Shown here in pieces: positions 41,320-50,577 of a stretch of 64,000 bases of DNA. Made by a program: the position numbers and the translations under genes. Origin of the DNA: an uncultured Chloroflexia bacterium (GTDB lineage Bacteria > Chloroflexota > Chloroflexia > Thermomicrobiales > UBA6265); the NCBI GenBank assembly GCA_963724295.1, contig CAVRUC010000003.1, positions 64,001 through 128,000 on the forward strand. Direction: 5' to 3'. Below the pieces are notes generated by a model, which was not told where the DNA came from, searched no databases, and was given only the letters and a program-made list of their open reading frames with translations. Numbering within the stretch: the first letter of the stretch is position 1; each line of letters opens with the position of its first letter.

Positions 41320-42084
41320 TTACGCCCCGGCCAACTCCGCGTCAATGGCCTGGCTCACCGCATTGAAGTCGTGCCACTCGGCAACCTCGGTGCCGTTGAT
41401 GAAGATCGTGGGCGTACTGTCGACCCCCTGGGCCTGGGCTTCCGCGATGGAGGCCTCGACGCCCGCTCTCTTCTCACCGCTGTCGAGACACTGATTGAAT
41501 GTTCCGGTATCGAGTCCAAGTGCTTCGGCCATCTGCTTGAGACGAGCATCGGTAAAACTGTTGGGACCGCTCTGATTCAAGAAGAGCGTGTCGTGGTATC
41601 GCCAGTAGGCGTCCTGGTCGGCCGCGCAGGCGGCGGCTTCGGCAGCCCGCACCGCCTCGGGACCGCGAAACGCATAGTCGCGAAATTCAAACCGGACGAT
41701 GCCGGGCTCGACGTAGTCTGAAACCAGCTGGGGTTTCACCGCACGGGTGAACTCTCGGCAGCCGGGTCAGGTGTAGTCCCCCCATTCCACCACGGTCACC
41801 GGAGCGTCCTCCGCTCCCATGGTCATGCCCGCGACTGGAATCGCCTCAGGCATCGGCTCCGCGGCCAGCACCGGAGGACCGGCCTCCCGCGGGCGAGTAA
41901 TAAGGAACACAATCAGCGCAATGAGGAGCGCCGCGCCGATCGCGCTGCCGACAATCGTCAGTCGCCTGCGTCGCGCCTCTTGCTCCTCGGCAATCTTGCG
42001 TTGCGCCCGGCCCGAGACTCGTTGCTCGGCACGACGTCCGCGTGTTTGCTCAGGACCCGTCTGGTCCGGCGATTGGGGTGGCAT
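41320..42084 (-). CDS. Membrane-anchored DsbA-like thioredoxin-fold protein, probable selenoprotein (UxxC)
   Basis: Two ORFs in the same frame are joined by TGA at 41769-41767: VVEWGDYT-[TGA]-PGCREF. The second half has AAEAAACA and GVDSTPTIFING (cis-Pro loop). A hairpin follows the TGA. Confidence 0.8.
41735..41751 (-). promoter_or_regulatory. Putative bacterial SECIS hairpin
   Basis: mRNA UUCACC-CGUGC-GGUGAA. The loop begins 21 nt after the UGA and has a G near its 5' end followed by U. Confidence 0.55.
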
Positions 42085-44884
42085 TCGATTGGGTGTCCTC
42101 CCTCCGAGTTTCGTCTATCCGCCAGCGTCCGAACTCCTGGATAAAGATAAGTCGTGCCACCTCCTGTTGGGAGGCGGTCGCGGCTGTCTGCGGATCGTGT
42201 GAGTGACTGGCAGGGTTGTCTACCGTGACCAGTGCACTGACCCGTCCATCCGCCAATTGCCGTACATCGTCCACACTGACCAGCGCCACCCGCTCCGCCT
42301 CCGAGAGCGGGAGCGGCGATTTGGCGATCGACTCGAGGGCTCGCGTCGGCCCGTCAGGGTACGCAAAGCGAAGCCGATCGTCGCTATAGAGCGCCAGCCG
42401 CCGCAAGATATCTCCGGCATTCGAGCACGCCACCAGTTCCCGCGCGGTGCCAGCGATGGCGGCGCGCGTGGCCTCGTCCACTGGTTCACCGCCGGTTTCG
42501 GAGGCGTCCGGCGGCTCCGCCGGCGCCGGTGTTTGGGCCAGTGTCTGGAACTCCTCGAGCGTGCGCGGGGCAACGGTGCACCCGTCCGGTCCGGGTGCGT
42601 CCCGCGCCAGCAGTGCGGTCTGCTGCAGGCCGCGGAGATAGGCGATCACATCCCGGACCTCTCCCTCCTCCAGCTCCTCGCCGAATGCCGGCATGTCGGT
42701 TCCCTCGATCCCGTTCTCGATCCAGTAGGCGTAGTCGTCATCGGTGTGCCCCAGCGCATGCCCGGCCGTGAGGTCAGCCGGTGGTCTGGTCAACGAGGCG
42801 GCGCCCGGGCCATCACCCCGGGCATCGGCGCCGTGGCACAGGGCGCAGTTCTGCGAAAAAAGTGCTTCCCCGCGCACAATCGCGGCGGGATCGAGCGAGG
42901 CCAGACCGGCGGTCGGATCGACAGCGGCGACCGCTCCCGCCGAAAGCCGCGCCTGGAACAACAGGACCAACCCGGCGACGATCGCCGCGGTCCCCAGCCC
43001 GGCGGCCTCTTTGCGGAAGGTAGGAGTCGTGCCAACGACGGCGAAGGCGATGCCGGCGACACCCAATACAAGCAGCGCCAGAGCGGCAATGCCCGCGACC
43101 CCGAACAGCGGTGGTGGCGAAGGGATCTGAGCCGGGACCTCACTCGCGGAGATCGACTGGGTCGTCGCAACCACCCAGTCCGGCTGGCCCGGCGTGCGCA
43201 CTGTCAGCTGCATCTGCCAGTCGCCCGGGAACGCCAGCTCCGACCCCTGCGCCTCGTAGCCTCCGGCCGGGGCGGCGATCAGCGGCACGTCGATCTGCCC
43301 CGTCTGACGCTCTGGCAGATTCAGGCGAAGCGTGGCTTCGGCGCCACCGGGGCTGCTCAGGTGCGCCTCGTGCCCGCTGCCAAGCTCCAGCCGGTAGCGA
43401 TTCGGACCGACGGTTCCAGGCGAGACGATCAACGTACCCGTTTGACCACCGTCCTCGAGAGCGATCCGCAGGCTGCCGGCTTGCTGCGCCAGGACCTGCC
43501 GCGCCGGCGGCGTCCCGATCAGCATGCCGACGACGCCGAGGAGCAGCGTGACGATGACCGCTTCCGCGATCAACGCGCTGACGAGGTGGTTGCTCCACCC
43601 CTCCACCCGCTCCTCGGTCTCGGCCGAGCGCAGCTTGCGCGTGACGACTGCCAGGTTGAATGCACCGAGCGCGAGCAAGGGCACGATCAGGATCAGCTTC
43701 AGGATGAGTGTCTGCCCGTACGGGGTCCCGGTGAGGGCCGGCACGTTGCCGACCTGGAGCCACGCGGAGTAGAGACCGGTGAACCCCATGATGCCCCAGG
43801 CGATCAATGCCAGTAATGAGAAGCGCGGCAGGGCTCGACCCAGGACCACACGCCGGCCGGCGGCAGTGAGGTCATTCACGGTTGGCGCCAGGGCGACCAC
43901 CAGGAAGAGGAGCCCGCCCGCCCAGAGCGACGCGCCGAGGAGGTGGACGTAGTCGAAGGCGACCGCGGTCGCCTGACCCGCCGGCTCCGCCCCGGCGTGC
44001 GAGATCATCGAGAACGGCAACGGCAGCGCGGCGCTGGCGACGAGAGCGAGCAGCGTTGCCGATCGCCTCCGCCACGGCCACCACCAGGCTGTGCCCAACA
44101 GGACCGCGGCGAAGACGAGCAGGACGCCCACTCGCACCAACCACCAGGTGCCGTAGCGGGTATCGGCGAGCGTGGTGGTCAGACCGTTGCGGAGATCCGC
44201 CGGTCCGGAGATGGCTGCCGCCTGCACCACCAGCGCCACCACGTTGGCCAGCAGCGAGAAGGCGAACGCGACGGTGACGTAGCGTCGCACGCGGCGCGTC
44301 AATTTCGGTCCCAGTTGCCACGCGGGGGAGATCGCCGGCCGCACGACGAAGAGCCAGACTGGCCAGACGGCGACCACTGCCGCCATCCCCAGCAATGCCA
44401 GCCAGCGGGCGGCTGCCAGCGTCCACTCCGGCAGTGCACCGGCGCTTGTTTCAGCCGCCGGCGGCGCTACCACGCGCACATCGGCCGCGGTGCCGATGGT
44501 AAAGGGGAGGTAACCCTGCGCGGTGTGTCCGTCGACGGTCGAGAGGGTGCGCCAGAGGAGCGAATAGGTGCCGTTGCCCAGTCCGGACGGAATCTGGACG
44601 GTCATCGTCCGGGGCTGCGGCCCCACGGTACTGGTCGCGCCGGGAACCAGCGTGCCCGTCTCATCGAAGAGCTCGGCTCGCGAATAGGATCTCTCCAGCG
44701 GCTCGGTGAACGTCAGGGTGATCGACTGGGGCGCGGTGGACAGGACCGCGTTGGCGGCCGGATCGCTGCTCTCGAGAAACGCATGCGCCGCCACGGGGCT
44801 CGCCGGCAGGGCGAGCTGCGCCATGACGCAGAGCAGCATCATGATGGCAACACGCACGCCGGCGCCGACCCCAGGTCGATTCAT
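42050..44884 (-). CDS. CopC-CopD-YtkA-like-cytochrome c fusion with an extra C-terminal domain
   Basis: Signal peptide, then HAFLESSDP...VDGH (CopC), SHA/HLLGASLW.GGL/PYG..L.LK (CopD), GPNRY...PGDW (YtkA-like), CALCH...MPAF (c-type heme), then ~170 further aa. Confidence 0.85.
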   Translation of the reverse strand: MNRPGVGAGVRVAIMMLLCVMAQLALPASPVAAHAFLESSDPAANAVLSTAPQSITLTFTEPLERSYSRAELFDETGTLVPGATSTVGPQPRTMTVQIPSGLGNGTYSLLWRTLSTVDGHTAQGYLPFTIGTAADVRVVAPPAAETSAGALPEWTLAAARWLALLGMAAVVAVWPVWLFVVRPAISPAWQLGPKLTRRVRRYVTVAFAFSLLANVVALVVQAAAISGPADLRNGLTTTLADTRYGTWWLVRVGVLLVFAAVLLGTAWWWPWRRRSATLLALVASAALPLPFSMISHAGAEPAGQATAVAFDYVHLLGASLWAGGLLFLVVALAPTVNDLTAAGRRVVLGRALPRFSLLALIAWGIMGFTGLYSAWLQVGNVPALTGTPYGQTLILKLILIVPLLALGAFNLAVVTRKLRSAETEERVEGWSNHLVSALIAEAVIVTLLLGVVGMLIGTPPARQVLAQQAGSLRIALEDGGQTGTLIVSPGTVGPNRYRLELGSGHEAHLSSPGGAEATLRLNLPERQTGQIDVPLIAAPAGGYEAQGSELAFPGDWQMQLTVRTPGQPDWVVATTQSISASEVPAQIPSPPPLFGVAGIAALALLVLGVAGIAFAVVGTTPTFRKEAAGLGTAAIVAGLVLLFQARLSAGAVAAVDPTAGLASLDPAAIVRGEALFSQNCALCHGADARGDGPGAASLTRPPADLTAGHALGHTDDDYAYWIENGIEGTDMPAFGEELEEGEVRDVIAYLRGLQQTALLARDAPGPDGCTVAPRTLEEFQTLAQTPAPAEPPDASETGGEPVDEATRAAIAGTARELVACSNAGDILRRLALYSDDRLRFAYPDGPTRALESIAKSPLPLSEAERVALVSVDDVRQLADGRVSALVTVDNPASHSHDPQTAATASQQEVARLIFIQEFGRWRIDETRREDTQSNATPIAGPDGS

Positions 44885-44914
44885 GAGACGCCCGTTACGG
44901 GCACCACAGGCACG

Positions 44915-45574
44915 TCATCGAATCAGCTTGCCGGAGGGTTCACTCGCGCGTGGCGCGGCCTCCACCTTTGGCTGTCTCGACCGTGCCAGGGCCAGCGCGC
45001 CAACGACCAGCCCGAGGACGCCCGCGACGACCCCCGCCACGCCGAGCGTGCGCGCCGTGGCGGCGGCGGCGTTGGCATCCGCGACCGCTGTCTGGAGCTG
45101 CGCCGGATCGGGAAGGGGTTGCGGAAATGCGATCGCCGACAGCGGCTCGACACTGTTGAACGTCGTTGGCCCCGAGGTGACGCTTTCATCGACCGTCGCC
45201 TCGCCAATCGTGCCGGAGATGCGAAACGTATAGTCTCCGGTCGCGGTCGGCACAAACACGGCCTCGTATTCGCCCTCCCCGACCGGCACGAGCGGCAGGG
45301 TCATCACCTGCCCGTCTCTGCTGACTTCGGCGGAGAGGGTCGCCGCCAGGTCGTCGACCGGTTCTGTCCCGCCGGTGGCGTACCGTTGCACGCCCAGCGC
45401 AAGAGCATTCGGTAGCCCGAGATAGGCCGGCTCGTCACGGAAACCGACTTCCATGACGTACTGCCCGTCGCCAACGTCGATTTCGACGTGAGCCAATGCT
45501 CCGGCTGTGGCACCAACCGCGAGAATCAGCCCGAAAGCGAGCGCCATCAGGGTCCGGCCCGCGCAACGTGTCAT
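44915..45574 (-). CDS. Exported membrane-anchored protein with N-terminal His after the signal peptide (Ig/YtkA-like)
   Basis: ALA|HVEIDV, VGFRDEPAY, PTATGDYTF and a C-terminal TM segment. Confidence 0.7.
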   Translation of the reverse strand: MTRCAGRTLMALAFGLILAVGATAGALAHVEIDVGDGQYVMEVGFRDEPAYLGLPNALALGVQRYATGGTEPVDDLAATLSAEVSRDGQVMTLPLVPVGEGEYEAVFVPTATGDYTFRISGTIGEATVDESVTSGPTTFNSVEPLSAIAFPQPLPDPAQLQTAVADANAAAATARTLGVAGVVAGVLGLVVGALALARSRQPKVEAAPRASEPSGKLIR

Positions 45575-45584
45575 GGCGAACAGC

Positions 45585-46202
45585 CTAGGCCTCAGGAGTT
45601 GCCGCCGCATGGTCGTCCTCCGTGTCGTCGTGGGTCGCGTCATCCTCGTCCGCATGGTTCTTACCGGCACCTGACGCCGAGACCGGCGCCAACCCGTGTC
45701 CGAGAACGACCAGGACGGCAGTCTGCTCTTCCTCGGCTTGAAAGAGGGCGAACCCGATGTGGCCGGGCACGCCCGCTTCGGCCAGACCGGTGACGAGTGA
45801 GCTCCCGGACAGCGCTCCGCCGACGTTGCCGCAGGCGATGGCATCCATCACCTCGTCGCTTTCGTAGATCAGCACCGCGTGCTCGCCGGCCAGCAGGTCC
45901 TCGATCGTACCGTCGATCGTCGTCTCGCTGATCAGCACCTGATAGGCCGCGTCGGGGTTGACCGCCGTGGGTGTGGCTACCGGCGCATTGTCGATATCGA
46001 CGCTACCGCCGACTCCGTTGAGACGAAATGCGACGGGCCCGAGGGCCTCGCACGACCCCTCGTGGATACGAGTCGGGTGTCCATGCTCCTCATGCGCCAG
46101 CGCCGGTCCGGCGACCGAGGCCACCACTCCAAGCGCAACCGCGAGCGTGAAAATCCAGCGCGGCTGGACCCTGCCGCATAGTCGTCTCGTCAACGCAGTC
46201 AT
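45585..46202 (-). CDS. Exported His-rich protein
   Basis: ALA|HEEHGHPTRIHEGSC...IACG and an acidic/His tail (HADEDDATHDDTEDDH). Confidence 0.7.
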   Translation of the reverse strand: MTALTRRLCGRVQPRWIFTLAVALGVVASVAGPALAHEEHGHPTRIHEGSCEALGPVAFRLNGVGGSVDIDNAPVATPTAVNPDAAYQVLISETTIDGTIEDLLAGEHAVLIYESDEVMDAIACGNVGGALSGSSLVTGLAEAGVPGHIGFALFQAEEEQTAVLVVLGHGLAPVSASGAGKNHADEDDATHDDTEDDHAAATPEA

Positions 46203-46325
46203 CACCTTAGCCCTCTTTTCCACCCGTACTGGACCCGGGACGTGAGATCGAGGTCCGGACGATCCGGCAACGTCATCGCCGTCACGGAAACCGGGTCTAC
46301 CGACTGAGACACTGGGAAGCGCGGC

Positions 46326-46802
46326 TCACGACGCGGCGGGCGTCCACCGGGGTGGAGGAACGAGAATCCGAGGAGATAGCCCGCCATGCCGCCGGTCCGG
46401 GACTTCGCTCGGAGCCTGGCAAATCCCCAGTGCAGCGATCGCCATGATGGCCGCCAGAAGCAGATGCACGCCGCTCGAGGCCGGTACCGACTCTTGTTCC
46501 GCCGCGGCATCGGGCCGCTCGTCATCGAAACCGACGGTTGGGTTCGTTTCGTTATCCGCGACGGTAGGGTCAAACCAGGAGGAGGATGAGTCTCCTGGTG
46601 CCGCATGCGCCAGGCCGTGACCAGGGTGGTGGCGAACGGTCCCGTTGGCCGCGTCTGCCCAGAGCTGGATGAGCGAATGGGCGTGCTCGCTTTGGGCTCC
46701 CGCCCGGTAACTGGCGGGCAGGAGCAGCAGGCCGAGCAGCGCCATACCCCAGAGCAGAGAAAACCAGGTTGACAGGCGAGAATTGCTCGATCGAGGTGAC
46801 AC
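46326..46802 (-). CDS. Putative leader/regulatory exported peptide ending in PPPR
   Basis: Signal-like N-terminus, His cluster, second hydrophobic stretch and C-terminal RILVPPPRW. First ORF of the copper operon. Confidence 0.55.
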   Translation of the reverse strand: MSPRSSNSRLSTWFSLLWGMALLGLLLLPASYRAGAQSEHAHSLIQLWADAANGTVRHHPGHGLAHAAPGDSSSSWFDPTVADNETNPTVGFDDERPDAAAEQESVPASSGVHLLLAAIMAIAALGICQAPSEVPDRRHGGLSPRILVPPPRWTPAAS

Positions 46803-46950
46803 GGTTTGAGTTGCCGCTTCCCGATGGTGGAGGTGCTCGCACGCGGGCACTTCGCTAATCGTGGCCGCATCGACTCGCGGGCCTGAGCGGCAGCCGGTCA
46901 GCCAAAGGTACCACGGTCCTCAGAGCCGTCTCGCGGCGATCCGCTCTATC

Positions 46951-48057
46951 ATGAACGTGATGAACGACGTGATACCGGCGGACGGGCTACCCAACGCACA
47001 ACGATCCGGCCAGATCGACGAAGCTGACAATGGGCACGACCTCGAGAACCGATCGCGGGTGGCAGTTGACACTCTCGACGCGGGGGACACCGATCGGCCC
47101 GCCCGCGTCGACCGGCGTCCCCTCGTCATCGCCATGGCCATCACCACCACGTTCTTCTTCGTCGAGCTCGCCGGCGCCTACGTCTCGAACTCACTCGCGC
47201 TTCTCGCCGACGCGGCGCACATGCTCACCGACGTCGCCGCGCTCGGACTGGCGCTCTTCGCCATGTGGCTGGCGACGCGCGCCACCCGCCCCGAGCGGAC
47301 CTTCGGCTACCTGCGGGCCGAAATCCTCGCCGCGCTGGTCAACGCTGTCACCCTGATCGTCCTGGCGATCTACATCTTCTGGGAGGCGTGGCAGCGGTTC
47401 CAGGAGCCGCCGGAGGTCAAGAGCGGTCCCCTTCTCGTCGTCGCCGTCGCCGGCATGCTGGCCAATATCGCCTCCGCCTGGGTGCTCTCACGCGGGGGTG
47501 GGCACCGCGACAATCTCAATACCAGAGGCGCATTCCTGCACGTGCTCGGCGACCTCCTTGGTTCGGTGGCGACCATCGCCGCAGCGCTGATCATCGCGTT
47601 CACCGGCTGGTACGCCGCCGATCCGATCCTGTCGGTCCTCATCGGCGGCCTGGTCGTCTTTGGCGCATGGTCGCTTCTGCGAGAGTCGGTGGACGTTCTC
47701 CTGGAAGCCGCGCCCCGCGGTGTGGTGGTGGCCGACGTGCGCCGGGCGATGGACGCCGTACCCGGTGTCGAAGGCGTCCACGATCTGCACGTCTGGACGG
47801 TGACGTCCGGGTTGACCGCGCTCTCGGCGCACGTCGAGACGGCGAATCTCGCTGGCTGGGAGACCTGTATGCAGACGCTGGCGACCATGCTGCGCGAGCA
47901 GTTCGGCATAGCCCACGCCACGTTGCAACCGGAGCTACCCCGGTCGACGAGCAATTCCTGGGATCGCTGCTCGATCGACGCGCCAGAGGGCCGCGCCGCC
48001 TGCCTGACCGCGACCAAACCGGTCGCCCGCGCCGTCCATGCCGGACACCGGCACTAA
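46951..48057 (+). CDS. CDF family cation efflux transporter (CzcD/ZitB-like)
   Basis: SLALLADAAHMLTD, TFGYLRAE, AFLHVLGD, HDLHVW and HATLQ; C-terminal Cys/His tail. Confidence 0.93.
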   Translation: MNVMNDVIPADGLPNAQRSGQIDEADNGHDLENRSRVAVDTLDAGDTDRPARVDRRPLVIAMAITTTFFFVELAGAYVSNSLALLADAAHMLTDVAALGLALFAMWLATRATRPERTFGYLRAEILAALVNAVTLIVLAIYIFWEAWQRFQEPPEVKSGPLLVVAVAGMLANIASAWVLSRGGGHRDNLNTRGAFLHVLGDLLGSVATIAAALIIAFTGWYAADPILSVLIGGLVVFGAWSLLRESVDVLLEAAPRGVVVADVRRAMDAVPGVEGVHDLHVWTVTSGLTALSAHVETANLAGWETCMQTLATMLREQFGIAHATLQPELPRSTSNSWDRCSIDAPEGRAACLTATKPVARAVHAGHRH

Positions 48058-48061
48058 GGCG

Positions 48062-49211
48062 ATGAGCGACTCGGAGGCTCTCGTCAGGCAGGATGACAAT
48101 CCCGCGCGTCCGGGTCGGCGCAGATCGTGGCTGCCGGCCGCATTCGCCGCGATTGCCCTGGCGCTGATCGCCGCCGGGGCAGGCTGGTGGTTCCTCAACA
48201 ACCGGCAGGCGATCCCGGAGTGGGACCGCCTGCCGGCGCTCGATCTGGCCGCGCCGGCGGGAGATGCCTTCCGCGCCGATACGCCCTGGGTCAATCTGCG
48301 CCTGACCACCGGGCGACCCGGCGAGGAGAACGGTCTGCGCGTGCAGATCACACCGAGGACTCGACAAGGCGACACCGGTCTCCACGTCCGCTCCGCCGGC
48401 ACGGATCGCTTCGCTCACCGCGCAACCGCTTTCCGGCGAGCAGGCCGTGCCTGAGCCGCTCGCGCTGCAACCCGATCCCCAAACCGAGGGCGCGTTCCTC
48501 GCGTTGGCTCCCCTCGACCAGGCGGGCTGGTGGCGGTTCAGCGTCGAGGTGGATGGGGCAGAACAGGCCGCCGAGTTCTTTCTCCTCATTCCTGACCCGA
48601 ACCTCAACGGTCCGAACGCGGTGCCCGGGAGTGGATCAGCCGCGGAGGGCGAGGCGCTCTACCAGCGCGGGATCGAGGCCCTCACCGGCCTGAGTGACGT
48701 CCGCTTTGCGCAGTGGATCGCCGATGGCCGGGGTAACGCCTCGGTTGCCGAGCACGGGGTGACCACCGGCGACGGAACTACGCCACCGGGGTTCACGTAC
48801 CGCGCGGCCGGTGGCATGGAGGCGGTGATCATCGGATCGACGCGCTGGATCAGGCTGCCCGGAGATCCCGGCTGGGAGGAGCAGGAGGGCGCCACCGTGG
48901 TGTTGCCCTCGGCGTGGGACGAGGAGTACTTCGGCGCGACCGGGTTCACGATCCTCGGTGAGGAGACCATCGACGGCGAGCGCTGCCAGCTGCTGGCCTT
49001 CGTCGTCCCGGAGCTGAGCGAGCCGCGGCGCCAGACGGTGGCCTGGTATCTGTGGTGGGTCGGTGAAGAGACGGGCCACGTGCGCCGGGAGTCGATGGTG
49101 TCCCGCCTCCACTACATGCACAACAGCTTCAGCGACTTCGACGTGCCGATCGCCCTCTCGCCACCGCAGGAGGCGGCGACCCCGGTCGCCAGCGGAACGC
49201 CCGGCTCTTGA
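48062..49211 (+). CDS. Membrane-anchored exported protein (YtkA-like plus LolA/LppX-like region), frameshifted near 48365
   Basis: ORFs 48062-48454 and 48447-49211 join into one coherent protein (…ATPVSTSAPPARIASLTAQP…) if one base is removed. Confidence 0.55.
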
Positions 49212-50167
49212 GCGCGCCGGCCTCGACTCCGGTCTCGACTGCCGCGGCCACCGGGCGAGGGATTCGCGAAGCGTCGCCGCTGCTGTTGAAGACCGCGCCG
49301 GCGATCTTCCTCCTCTTCTGGTCCGGAGGGTTCGCCGCCGGCAAGGTCGGCCTGGGGTACTCGGGCCCGCTGACGTTTCTGGCGGTGCGATACGCCCTGG
49401 TGCTGCTCGTCCTGCTGCCGCTGGTCCTCGTCATGCGGCCACCCCTGCCGCGCACGCCGGCGGCATGGGGACACCTGGCGATGGTCGGGTTTCTGATCCA
49501 GGGCCTCTACTTCGGACTCGGCTATCTGGCGCTGGCGATGAACATCTCCACCGGGGCGGTGGCCCTGATCGTCTCCCTGCAACCGATCCTGGTGGCCCTG
49601 GCAGCGCCGCGCATCTCGGGAGAGCGGGTAGGGCGCTGGGCGTGGACTGGCCTCGGACTCGGGCTGGCCGGAGCGGCGCTCGTCATCCTGGCGCGGTCGG
49701 CGGTGGAGGCGCTCCCCGTGCTGGGGGTGCTGGCCGCGGTTGGCGCGCTGGGCGGGATGACCATCGGCACGCTCTATGAAAAGCGATTCGGCATCAGCCA
49801 GCACCCGGTGACCGCGAACACCATCCAGTACGCCGCCGGACTGGCCATGACGCTGCCGCTGGCGTTCCTGCTGGAGGACCGCACGATCGAGTGGTCGCTG
49901 CCGCTGGGGCTGTCGCTGCTCTACCTGATCGTCTGCAACTCACTGATCGCGCTGACGCTGCTGCTGATGATGATTCGGCGCGGGGAGGTCAGCCGGGTCT
50001 CGGCGCTCTTCTTCCTGGTGCCGCCGATGGCCGCGCTGATCGGCTGGCTGCTGCTCGACGAGCAGATGCCCCCGCTGGCCTGGGTCGGACTGGCCCTGGC
50101 CGCCGCCGGCGTCGCCATCGCCACCCGCGCCGACCGGCTTTCCGGCATGCGAAGCCGCTCGCGCTGA
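49208..50167 (+). CDS. DMT/EamA family transporter
   Basis: FWSGGF, PLTFLAVRY, SLQPIL and FFLVPP; about 10 TM segments. Confidence 0.9.
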   Translation: MSAPASTPVSTAAATGRGIREASPLLLKTAPAIFLLFWSGGFAAGKVGLGYSGPLTFLAVRYALVLLVLLPLVLVMRPPLPRTPAAWGHLAMVGFLIQGLYFGLGYLALAMNISTGAVALIVSLQPILVALAAPRISGERVGRWAWTGLGLGLAGAALVILARSAVEALPVLGVLAAVGALGGMTIGTLYEKRFGISQHPVTANTIQYAAGLAMTLPLAFLLEDRTIEWSLPLGLSLLYLIVCNSLIALTLLLMMIRRGEVSRVSALFFLVPPMAALIGWLLLDEQMPPLAWVGLALAAAGVAIATRADRLSGMRSRSR

Positions 50168-50208
50168 CTCCAATCGCACTATGCGAGCAACTGAACGTCG
50201 CGAGACGG

Positions 50209-50248
50209 CCCTCACCCCAACCCCTCTCCCAGAGCGCTGGGCGAGGGG
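50209..50248 (+). repeat. CCCTCACCCC..CCCCTCTCCC..GGGAGAGGGG REP-like palindrome
   Basis: A second copy lies at 58137-58178. Confidence 0.7.
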
Positions 50249-50577
50249 GGAATTGGTGGGGGAGGTCATGGGGGATTTGGTGGCGCGAGTGGCGGCGGAG
50301 AGGATGATGCTATCGGCGATGCGGGCGGCGCGGTCACGGGTGGTGGGCGGAATGGGGGCTGGAGGTGGCTGGCCGGTTGGAGATTCGGTGTCGGAGTCAG
50401 GCGCGATGTCGTCGTGCGCGGCGGGTGGGCGAGGGCTGGCGAGTCTGCGTGACGTGCGTGTGAGGGATTCCCGCAGGACGGCACGCATCTCGCCGTGGCG
50501 CTCGGGCGGCATGGCTTTGACGAGGGCGTCGAACATTACTTCTAGCTCGGCGGCTGCGGCGAATGGGCGGGGTCCGC

